Below, piece after piece: positions 8,602-15,900 of a stretch of 33,269 nt of DNA. This stretch comes from a virus (lineage: Duplodnaviria; Caudoviricetes). The notes below the pieces were generated by a model, which saw only the letters and a list, made by a program, of their open reading frames with translations, made no database searches and was not told the DNA's origin. The DNA lies in the IMG/VR virus record IMGVR_UViG_3300032305_002820, positions 1 through 33,269 of that record. The stretch is one strand, 5' to 3'. A program made the position numbers and the translations under genes. Numbering within the stretch: position 1 is the first letter of the stretch; each line of letters opens with the position of its first letter.

Positions 8602-9010
8602 TAACATAGTAATTTTCTTTCTATTAGTTAGTTGTAACCCCTCTTTTGCGTCTAGTTATGATTGGAAAGTTAAAAGAGTGGTTGACGGGGATACACTGGA
8701 AATAGAAGCCCCTTTTTTACCAAGCGAGCTAAAATTATTTGTTAGAATAAATGGGGTTGATACGCCAGAAAAAGGCAGCAGATCGGCTTGTAAAAAAGAA
8801 AGCGATTTAGCTAAAAAAGCTACTGAATTGATGAAAGATTTAATTAAAAAAGCTAAAAATATTTCTTTCGATAATATAGAGTGGGACAAATACGGAGGGC
8901 GTGTTTTAGCTGACGTAATGATTGATAAAGAAAAAGCTTCTGATCTTTTAATTTTATATGGTGTAGCTAGGCCATATCATGGCGAAAAAAAAACTAGTTG
9001 GTGCGAATGA
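8504..9010 (+). CDS. Thermonuclease (SNase-like) with export/lipoprotein signal; start codon uncertain
   Basis: VKRVVDGDTL, VRINGVDTPE, DKYGGRVLADV and GVARPYHGEKKTSWC motifs; hydrophobic IVIFFLLVSC precedes the domain. Confidence 0.9.
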   Translation: MINFVKSKEKVKKLFGIKGASCAIILIKKALLSNIVIFFLLVSCNPSFASSYDWKVKRVVDGDTLEIEAPFLPSELKLFVRINGVDTPEKGSRSACKKESDLAKKATELMKDLIKKAKNISFDNIEWDKYGGRVLADVMIDKEKASDLLILYGVARPYHGEKKTSWCE

Positions 9011-9393
9011 TTAGAAGAAGAGGTTTGGGCTTGGAAGATAAGATTCATACTATTTTTGGACAGCTAGTTCAGCAATACAAAGCTTATAAAAAGCTTAATT
9101 GTTCAATTGCCACTTACATGCCATTCGGTGAAAAGCGCAACTTAGCTACTGGCGCACTTTTAAAGAAAAAGGGAGCAATAAGGGGCGTACCTGACTGGCT
9201 ATTTATTAAAGATAACGGTGGAAACGCCGAAATGATCTGGCTTGAATTTAAGACAGAAAAAGGGAAGCAATCTACCGAGCAGCAAGAATTTGAGTTTAAA
9301 TGTAAGCAGCTAAAGAATGCTAGATATTATCTAGCTAGAAGCGTCGAAGATGGATTGAAAGTATTAGAAAAAGAAAAGTTAATTATTCTTTAA
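8998..9393 (+). CDS. VRR-NUC domain nuclease (possible Holliday junction resolvase)
   Basis: LKKKGAIRGVPDW...WLEFKTEKGKQSTEQQEF...ARSVED motifs. Confidence 0.88.
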   Translation: MVRMIRRRGLGLEDKIHTIFGQLVQQYKAYKKLNCSIATYMPFGEKRNLATGALLKKKGAIRGVPDWLFIKDNGGNAEMIWLEFKTEKGKQSTEQQEFEFKCKQLKNARYYLARSVEDGLKVLEKEKLIIL

Positions 9394-9396
9394 AAT

Positions 9397-9729
9397 CTAC
9401 TTCTTGAGCTTCGCAGTCCAGTCCAACTTTTCAACGCAAAAAAGAAAGACATTTAGAAAAGTTAGAAATAGAGCTATTTGACCTACTAAACCACCGAACA
9501 AATTCCCAACAAAAGCGAACAGTAAAATATTGAAGAGAAGCACTATTGCAGGACTTTCGAGCAATATTCTTACTCTAGAATCTCCACTAAATAATCGAGT
9601 CCAGAACATTGTTGTAGCTACTTGAAATGAGATCCAAAGATAATAAGCTTTTGTCAAATAATTTGCTGCAATTTCTTTTAATTTTGGTTTTTTAATTACT
9701 ATTAAATCATCTTTGTTTTCTAGTGTCAT
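9397..9729 (-). CDS. Multi-pass membrane protein (possible holin)
   Basis: 110 aa with about 3 hydrophobic segments; last gene of the late operon. Confidence 0.55.
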   Translation of the reverse strand: MTLENKDDLIVIKKPKLKEIAANYLTKAYYLWISFQVATTMFWTRLFSGDSRVRILLESPAIVLLFNILLFAFVGNLFGGLVGQIALFLTFLNVFLFCVEKLDWTAKLKK

Positions 9730-9753
9730 AGCTAATAAAAATTTAAATATTTT

Positions 9754-9939
9754 TTACGCAAACGAGAGCGGCGTAAATTTTTTATAATAAGTTTTATTTG
9801 ATTTAAAATTTTCTTCATTTTTGAAGGTGTATTTTTTCTTTTTTTTAAAGAAATTATCGATTTTTTGCCTAAAAAATTTTATCTCAGGGTCATCGTTTTT
9901 AATATAAAAAACCTGTCTTTCCTTGTCAAAAACTATCAT
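9754..9939 (-). CDS. Small basic hypothetical protein
   Basis: 61-aa ORF tightly coupled to the endolysin stop. Confidence 0.45.
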   Translation of the reverse strand: MIVFDKERQVFYIKNDDPEIKFFRQKIDNFFKKKKKYTFKNEENFKSNKTYYKKFTPLSFA

Positions 9940-9940
9940 T

Positions 9941-10402
9941 TTATTTAATATTTTCTAACCTATTACACAATCTTTCTGCTCTTTTTCCCACTTGCTTAAA
10001 CCAAAGCGAGCTTCTTAAAAGGGAAGCGGCGAGTTCATAATCTTTATTATTTATAGCTTTAATTGTGTTTGTAAACTTAGAAAGTTTATTAAAACCTAAA
10101 TTAAACATCATATTTGCTAGAATTTGCTGCAACTCACAATGCATTTCGTTAAAGCTTTTAAAAAGTCTACAGCAATCTCTAACCACTCCCTCTATGTCTT
10201 TTTTAAATACTTCGTCAACTCTTTCTTGTGAAACTTTGAGTTTTCCGCCTTTTTTTAAAGCATTGTAAGCGTAATATTCAGGATCGTTTTTTGTTAGTAA
10301 GTGACCTATGCCAAAGGTTGGAAAGCCTAAGCTGCAACAATAAACTTCTAAAACGCAACCCTCATCAATAATAAGCTGCTTTTTTAGCTTTTCTAAATCC
10401 AT
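9941..10402 (-). CDS. Endolysin, GH24 (T4-lysozyme-like) muramidase
   Basis: DEG...VY.CSLG.PTFGIGHLL, LANMMFNLG and SLWFKQVGKRAERL motifs. Confidence 0.93.
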   Translation of the reverse strand: MDLEKLKKQLIIDEGCVLEVYCCSLGFPTFGIGHLLTKNDPEYYAYNALKKGGKLKVSQERVDEVFKKDIEGVVRDCCRLFKSFNEMHCELQQILANMMFNLGFNKLSKFTNTIKAINNKDYELAASLLRSSLWFKQVGKRAERLCNRLENIK

Positions 10403-10433
10403 TTATTCACGATATTAAATAATTTATTCGACT

Positions 10434-10664
10434 TTATTCGCAGCGAATAATCCATTCCTGGTTGAAGTCGTCAATTTGTCTTAAGGTATCAATTGAAATT
10501 AATTGTACTCTTTCTTCTTCAGTGATTGTAATTGGTTTAAAAGTTGTGCAAAGATTAGTCTGGCCTTGTAAATTTTTGCATGCGCTGACGAATAGAATCG
10601 TCAGAATCAAGATCGCGCTTTGACCTCCTAATTTGGGTTTGTTTAGTATCATTAATTTGCTCAA
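10434..10664 (-). CDS. Outer-membrane spanin (Rz1-like lipoprotein); true start probably downstream of the annotated one
   Basis: Lipobox ILFVSAC plus further Cys residues (C..F.PI...CE); overlaps the 3' half of the i-spanin in another frame. Confidence 0.75.
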   Translation of the reverse strand: MSKLMILNKPKLGGQSAILILTILFVSACKNLQGQTNLCTTFKPITITEEERVQLISIDTLRQIDDFNQEWIIRCE

Positions 10665-10761
10665 TTAAGTTTTTGTTTTTGGAGATAGTTTTGCCAAAAA
10701 TTATCCCAAACATTGCGATAACGACAATTGATAGCGACTTTATAATTCTAAAAATAAACAT
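10555..10761 (-). CDS. Inner-membrane spanin (Rz-like)
   Basis: N-terminal TM followed by a helical charged tail (SDDSIRQRMQKFTRPD); overlapped by the lipoprotein gene. Confidence 0.7.
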   Translation of the reverse strand: MFIFRIIKSLSIVVIAMFGIIFGKTISKNKNLIEQINDTKQTQIRRSKRDLDSDDSIRQRMQKFTRPD

Positions 10762-10971
10762 TTATAAAAAAGTTTTTATAAAATAAGCGGTAAAAGCCAG
10801 TCCAGAGGCTGCAGAAAAGGCAATTATGGCGTAGCCTATTTTGTTGAAAAGACTTATCGCCATGATTTTATTTTCTTTAAAAAAATTTAGCCAAATTTTA
10901 GAGTTTTCAACTGACGGTGAATTAGAGTTTTCAACTGACGGTGAAGGTGCCTCTTTTTTGCATTGATTCAT
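10762..10971 (-). CDS. Small membrane protein (holin/antiholin candidate)
   Basis: C-terminal hydrophobic helix, located in the lysis cassette. Confidence 0.55.
   Translation of the reverse strand: MNQCKKEAPSPSVENSNSPSVENSKIWLNFFKENKIMAISLFNKIGYAIIAFSAASGLAFTAYFIKTFL
10898..10945. repeat. Perfect 24-bp tandem duplication
   Basis: TTAGAGTTTTCAACTGACGGTGAA x2; encodes SPSVENS(N/K) twice. Confidence 0.9.
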
Positions 10972-10987
10972 GAAGAATATAATTATT

Positions 10988-11299
10988 TTATTTTTGCGTT
11001 TGTGCTAATATTTTAGATAAAAGATTGTTTACGTGTATGTGATTACCATTTTCGTTTCTTTTAAAAGATTCTAAAACAGCGGCAAAACTTATTACTCTAG
11101 TCTCTATTTTTTCAATCTTAGCATCTAACTTTTGAAATTCCGGCCTAAATTCTTCTTTTATCTCTTCTTTTGTTTTTATTCTGTTAATCTCTGCGTCTTT
11201 TGCTACAATGCGCCCGAAAAGCGTGTAGATTGAAGTGATTAGAACGCCGACCAACGCCAAAAATCCCCAGAACGCTTTCTCTAAAAATACCGCCGACAT
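10988..11299 (-). CDS. Membrane-anchored coiled-coil protein (lysis cassette)
   Basis: N-terminal TM (FWGFLALVGVLITSIYTLF) followed by a heptad region. Confidence 0.65.
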   Translation of the reverse strand: MSAVFLEKAFWGFLALVGVLITSIYTLFGRIVAKDAEINRIKTKEEIKEEFRPEFQKLDAKIEKIETRVISFAAVLESFKRNENGNHIHVNNLLSKILAQTQK

Positions 11300-11920
11300 T
11301 TATAAAAAACCTCTTGCGTAAAGAGACAATTCTTCGAGTAGTTGTGTAGTTGTTGTTTGGTCGCAAGAGTCACTAGCGCCTTCAGTTTTACTTAAAATAA
11401 AAACGTGAACCAAATTATTTTGTGTATTTTTAACTATTGAAAAACCCGCCGAAATCACTTTATGATTTGTTGATTCTAATATTTCTTTTATTGATAAAAA
11501 TTTTTTTAATTGCTTTACATCTCCATAATAAGCGGCTTCGCCGTTATTCATAGCTGCCAGCATTTTGTACGTAAGTAAATCAATTACATGATAATCTTGA
11601 TCATAGAAAGGGTTTAGTTTTGCGTCTTTAACTGAAAATGAGCAGTCTTGTTCTTCTTTTGCTTTCTTGCATCCGATAACATCTTGAAAATTATATCTGC
11701 CAGTCGCTCTATTGCCATCTACTATTAGCCAACTTACCCATGAGTTGCTGCCGCATTGATTGACTATATCTTCAAGTTTTGTTTTGATTTTTGCGCCATT
11801 TATTGAGTAATTATAATGATCCTGCGGCATTGCTAACTGAAAATAGATGCAGAAGCCAATAAATATTTGGACTAACGCAAATATTAAAAAACCAAATTTA
11901 CTAGAGAATTTTTTAATCAC
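11300..11920 (-). CDS. Single-TM protein with Cys-containing periplasmic globular domain (T4 holin T-like topology)
   Basis: Basic N-terminus, one TM and an ~175-aa domain with 4 Cys, upstream of the lysis genes. Confidence 0.6.
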   Translation of the reverse strand: MIKKFSSKFGFLIFALVQIFIGFCIYFQLAMPQDHYNYSINGAKIKTKLEDIVNQCGSNSWVSWLIVDGNRATGRYNFQDVIGCKKAKEEQDCSFSVKDAKLNPFYDQDYHVIDLLTYKMLAAMNNGEAAYYGDVKQLKKFLSIKEILESTNHKVISAGFSIVKNTQNNLVHVFILSKTEGASDSCDQTTTTQLLEELSLYARGFL

Positions 11921-12453
11921 TTAACGCTCACTCTGCCGCCAGTTAAATTATTTTCGTTTATTATTGTTATAAACTCTTTCGGATGTAGTCTTGAACTGTT
12001 TATTCTATTCGAAATTAGCCCAAGCTTTTGATAAGCGATGGCACACAATTTTGAACAAAATTGTTTTTCACTAATCGCTTTATCTTTACTTAAAAACAAT
12101 CTAAACAATGGCAGCCGATCAATAGCTGAAAACGCCGCGTCAATTATTCCGTATTTTTTACCAAGCTGAGCCTGTAAATCTCTATATAAAGCAACTTTCT
12201 GAGAATCATTTAAATTAAAGTTAGGCTCATATTTAAAAACTTTAATGTGATCCGCTGTATTTTTGACTCTTTCTAATGCGTTGCTTTTTATAACTTGCGG
12301 CGTTCTTGCTTCATATAAATCGCCAAAAGATACAATCCCCAGGTGTTCTATTCTGCTACCCGTAAAAAGTTGTATTAAGTAGCGAAATGGGTAATATAGA
12401 AAGTGCTTTATGCCAAAGCGGCTGCTAAAAGCTATAATTGTTCCGTCTTTCAT
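11917..12453 (-). CDS. Permuted papain-like amidase (YiiX/YaeF, C92 family)
   Basis: His-first SRIEHLGIV...YEA, GKKYG, and Cys-last FCSKLCAIAYQKLG. Confidence 0.85.
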   Translation of the reverse strand: MKDGTIIAFSSRFGIKHFLYYPFRYLIQLFTGSRIEHLGIVSFGDLYEARTPQVIKSNALERVKNTADHIKVFKYEPNFNLNDSQKVALYRDLQAQLGKKYGIIDAAFSAIDRLPLFRLFLSKDKAISEKQFCSKLCAIAYQKLGLISNRINSSRLHPKEFITIINENNLTGGRVSVK

Positions 12454-12600
12454 TTATCGCGGTAATAATTGGATTTGACGTAAAAAAGAAGAAAAAGCAA
12501 CGTGTATATCTAAATAACTCATTTTTTTACCAATTCCTTCCCCCGTCAATATGTCTATCAATTCAAAGTCACCACTTAATAAGTCCGGATTTATACACTT
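12454..12600 (-). pseudogene. Start-less 3' remnant of a tail-region gene
   Basis: Open frame KCINPDLLSGDFELIDILTGEGIGKKMSYLDIHVAFSSFLRQIQLLPR*. It ends TAA-ATG at the amidase start and begins where the REase gene ends. Confidence 0.45.
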
Positions 12601-13090
12601 TAAGGCTTGATAGATAAAAATTCTAATTTTTCCAATACATCCTCAATGTGGCAAGCAAAACTATAAGGCTTATTTAATCTAGTAAGGCTTTGTAATTGAT
12701 TCATTCTTGAATGATCATACAATTTACCATCATATATGACAAAAAAAGCTATATTACCTTGCGTTCTGCGTTGGAAGCTCCTCAACAAACTTAATTGTTC
12801 TTTATATTGGCTATCTTGATTGCCACCTGATTCTTTGGTATATTTATGGCTTGCGTAGCATTGAATACCATTTGTGATCCATTTAAAATCTAAAGATTTA
12901 GCAATCGCCTTATCTTGTAAAGTCTTGCCATCCACAATATGCCCATCCGAAGTAATATACTCCGCATTATCTCCGCCCTTATTTAGTATTTCAAAATTAG
13001 TTATAGCTTCGAATTGTTTTAAATACTCTCCTCGGCATTTTTACGCCACATTTCTACTTCTATAGCATCGTAATTAGGTGGTTTTATCAT
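12600..13090 (-). pseudogene. Frameshifted putative Type II restriction endonuclease
   Basis: The ATG at 13090, 1 nt after the MTase stop, gives MIKPPNYDAIEVEMWRKNAEESI*. The -1 frame continues EYLKQFEAITNFEILNKGG...KSLDF...SHKYTKESGGNQDSQY...IYDG to 12600. Confidence 0.7.
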
Positions 13091-13091
13091 A

Positions 13092-14015
13092 TTAAGCCGC
13101 ATAACAAATTATATCTTTTGCCAATTGCCAATCAAGACGCCTTCTATAAAAGCCGTCTTTTCTAATTCCTCGATAAGAAGTCATAAGAACATCTTGGGTA
13201 ATTTGTCTAAAATTCTTAATAATATCATTGTAGTCTTTTATTTTTGGTTTAAATGGAGCATTTATTATCGTAATATGCCTTCCGTGCTTCTTAACCTCAT
13301 AATTCCTCAATTCTTTTGGATCGCAAAATCTAATAGATGCTTCTTTGCAATTATCTAAAGCTATTAAACCTATATTTCCATTTTGTTCATTAAAAATAAT
13401 TTCAGTATTATTTGTGTAAGGAGGTCTTTTTTTTTCTATCTCTGACAACATACCTATAAAATGATTATCTCGATATATTTTTACATCATCACTTTCTATG
13501 CCGTCAAATAATGCCATACCAACAGGATGCGTTGTGTCGTCAAAAGCATTATTAGTAAGTGAAATAAAAGTATTTAATCTTCCCGAGAATAAATTAGCTC
13601 TAATAAAAGATTCTGGGATAATGGCTATAACATTTTTGCAATTCTCTAAACACTTACTAAGAGAATATTTATATAGATCGTCATACTCACCCGCATAAAA
13701 TGGCACCTGCATTTTCGTAGCTGAGTTTTTTGCGAGCCACGGGGGATTTGTAACGCAAGTGTCAAATCCAATCGGAAAATCTTTTAAGCTATCTCTTAAG
13801 TGGACATCTATTGCCTTCGGCTCTATATCAAAAGAAGCATATCTATTGCACAGATTATTGTTTATTAAAAATTTAATTAAACTATTTTCTCCCGCGAATG
13901 GTTCTAAAATAACCTCATTTTGTAAGTCTATTTTCCCGCTCCATTCTAAAAATGGCAATAATGAAAATGGATTATATTTTGTAAAAAACTGTCCTAATAT
14001 GCGTTTATGGTTCAG
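13092..14015 (-). CDS. N6-adenine DNA methyltransferase (motif I before motif IV), probable CTG start
   Basis: ILEPFAGENSL (motif I), FDIEPK and VTNPPW (motif IV). The frame extends upstream of 13958 through LGQFFTK to CTG at 14015, with GGAG 9 nt before it and an in-frame TAA two codons upstream. Confidence 0.85.
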   Translation of the reverse strand: MNHKRILGQFFTKYNPFSLLPFLEWSGKIDLQNEVILEPFAGENSLIKFLINNNLCNRYASFDIEPKAIDVHLRDSLKDFPIGFDTCVTNPPWLAKNSATKMQVPFYAGEYDDLYKYSLSKCLENCKNVIAIIPESFIRANLFSGRLNTFISLTNNAFDDTTHPVGMALFDGIESDDVKIYRDNHFIGMLSEIEKKRPPYTNNTEIIFNEQNGNIGLIALDNCKEASIRFCDPKELRNYEVKKHGRHITIINAPFKPKIKDYNDIIKNFRQITQDVLMTSYRGIRKDGFYRRRLDWQLAKDIICYAA

Positions 14016-14041
14016 TTGTTAAATCTCCAACAAAACCGTAA

Positions 14042-14548
14042 TTATATATCAATATTTTGATTTATTAAATAACCCTCAGAAAAATCGTAGTCAGAAATGT
14101 CTTTTAGCGTTGTTAGTGCCTTTATTTTATTAACATTACTCCTCCATGCGATAAAATTATTATCAACGATAGTCATCATGAAGTTGTGTAAACATTTTAA
14201 CTGAGAAAGCGTTATACTGACTGACCCGCCGTTGTAGTAATAGATAAAAATTGCATCTTCTTCAGTTATTGACCCTTCAGAAACTCTCAACTGTAATTTA
14301 TCTATTTGCTCACGCACTAAATCCCTGCCTTCTTTTGTTAAAGAAAGAAGATAATGTTGGTTGATTTTTAATGTTCTCGCTGTTGCTGAGTTGTGAAAGA
14401 TATTCAATTCTTTAACTTTAGCGGATATTGCTTTTTGTAGAATGTATTCTGACCCCTCTTTGCTATTAGATATCTCTACACAATCACTCGATTGATTAGG
14501 ATTTTCTGTTTCAAAAATATTGCCACTTAAAGTATTTTTAAAAATCAT
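14042..14548 (-). CDS. Tail fibre assembly/chaperone-like protein (DUF4376-like)
   Basis: Directly downstream of the tail fibre; ITLSQLK.L...IKALTTLKDI..YDF pattern. Confidence 0.65.
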   Translation of the reverse strand: MIFKNTLSGNIFETENPNQSSDCVEISNSKEGSEYILQKAISAKVKELNIFHNSATARTLKINQHYLLSLTKEGRDLVREQIDKLQLRVSEGSITEEDAIFIYYYNGGSVSITLSQLKCLHNFMMTIVDNNFIAWRSNVNKIKALTTLKDISDYDFSEGYLINQNIDI

Positions 14549-14560
14549 GGTTATTCAAAT

Positions 14561-15892
14561 TTAAATTTCAGTATCGAGCCAACCTTTTGTAAAAATCCTT
14601 TGAGATATCTCTGCGGTTCCTGTCCATCTGGTTCTGATTTGACCGCTTCTATTGGTAAACAAATCAAAGCCACGCTTTGTTCTATTTTCATATGTCTGCT
14701 CAACTTCTGCATTAAAATTTGAAGATGACGGAACCTCGCTATTAGTCAGCGGAGATGAGATCAGCCCATATTGAAGATATCCAGCGTTTGGGTCAGCCCA
14801 AAAATCGATGTTAGCAATAAGAGATAATCCGAGGGGAACTGTAAGGCTATGCAATGTTGCTGTTGTTGTTGCCGTTCCAGAAAAATCAGAAACTCGATTA
14901 GATAATATAAAATAATTTTTAATTTGCGTAAACCCTCTTATATTGCCGCTTGCATCAGTTAGAATTGAACCTCTTCTTTCAAATTTGGTGTAACCGCTTG
15001 GTAAAACACTTGTTGGATTTGGCACAGTTCCAGCGACACCAAGAAGAAAACCACCGTCCTTCGCTAATGTTGTTGGATTGTGGATTGCAAAATAGTGGTA
15101 AGTTGAGTTTATAGCCTTTGTTCCACTAAATAAGCCGCCTTGATTCGTCCCCGGTGTCCAAGATGCGTCAAGTCTTTTTGTTATTGCGCTTGAAACTGCT
15201 TGTCCACTTCCATCAGAAAATTGAAAATTTCCAGCAGACGCATCTATGTGGGTATTGGGATTGCTTACGTTGTTAGAAAGAATAATTTGATTCGGCAGAT
15301 AAGAAATACCTCTGCTAGTAACTAACGCCTCATTTTCTCTTAATAAAATCCACGCGTCATTTGAAGAATTTCTTTGAAATTGGTAAATTTTACCCGCAAT
15401 GATCTCACCAATATCAACAGCCACTTCGCTTCCGCTTGCATTTATTTTTTTAATTACTGCGTCACTTGCTGGTGTTCCAATTGAGCTAATTTGTAGATAA
15501 GGGGTGATGGTTGCATTTGTTGCGTGAATTTTAACGCAATACCGCATTGTTGTTGTGTAAGCGGTAATTGCTGGTGATGGTGATAGTAGCGTATACGCGT
15601 CAGCAGCTCCTCCCGTAGTTCCTAAGTAAGTAAATTGCCCGTCTTGAACCTGACCAATATTTATTGAATCGGTTCTTGCGTTACCAACCCCTAAACCCGT
15701 AATTTTTCTTGAATTAAATGGAATGTTGGCGGTGATTGTTGTTTGTCCGTCTTTTGTAATGCAACTTGAAAGACCAGTCGCAATTCCATTAAATTCATCA
15801 TCCATTCTGGACGCTGTGATTGGTATAGAATTTGTTTTATCAGTTAGCCAGTTGTAAAGTCTGCTAAATGTTCCCGTTCCGTTAAAAGCCAT
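14561..15892 (-). CDS. Tail fibre / receptor-binding protein
   Basis: Virion-anchor N-terminus MAFNGTGTFSRLYNW...ITASRMDDEFNGIATGLSSCITKDGQT, a G/T/S-rich beta body, and position after the ejection genes. Confidence 0.85.
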   Translation of the reverse strand: MAFNGTGTFSRLYNWLTDKTNSIPITASRMDDEFNGIATGLSSCITKDGQTTITANIPFNSRKITGLGVGNARTDSINIGQVQDGQFTYLGTTGGAADAYTLLSPSPAITAYTTTMRYCVKIHATNATITPYLQISSIGTPASDAVIKKINASGSEVAVDIGEIIAGKIYQFQRNSSNDAWILLRENEALVTSRGISYLPNQIILSNNVSNPNTHIDASAGNFQFSDGSGQAVSSAITKRLDASWTPGTNQGGLFSGTKAINSTYHYFAIHNPTTLAKDGGFLLGVAGTVPNPTSVLPSGYTKFERRGSILTDASGNIRGFTQIKNYFILSNRVSDFSGTATTTATLHSLTVPLGLSLIANIDFWADPNAGYLQYGLISSPLTNSEVPSSSNFNAEVEQTYENRTKRGFDLFTNRSGQIRTRWTGTAEISQRIFTKGWLDTEI

Positions 15893-15900
15893 CTTTTAAA

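Noticed and set aside
14561-15892. Diversity-generating retroelement or invertible cassette targeting the tail fibre
   Set aside because: There is no reverse transcriptase or invertase, and I saw no second copy of the fibre 3' end.
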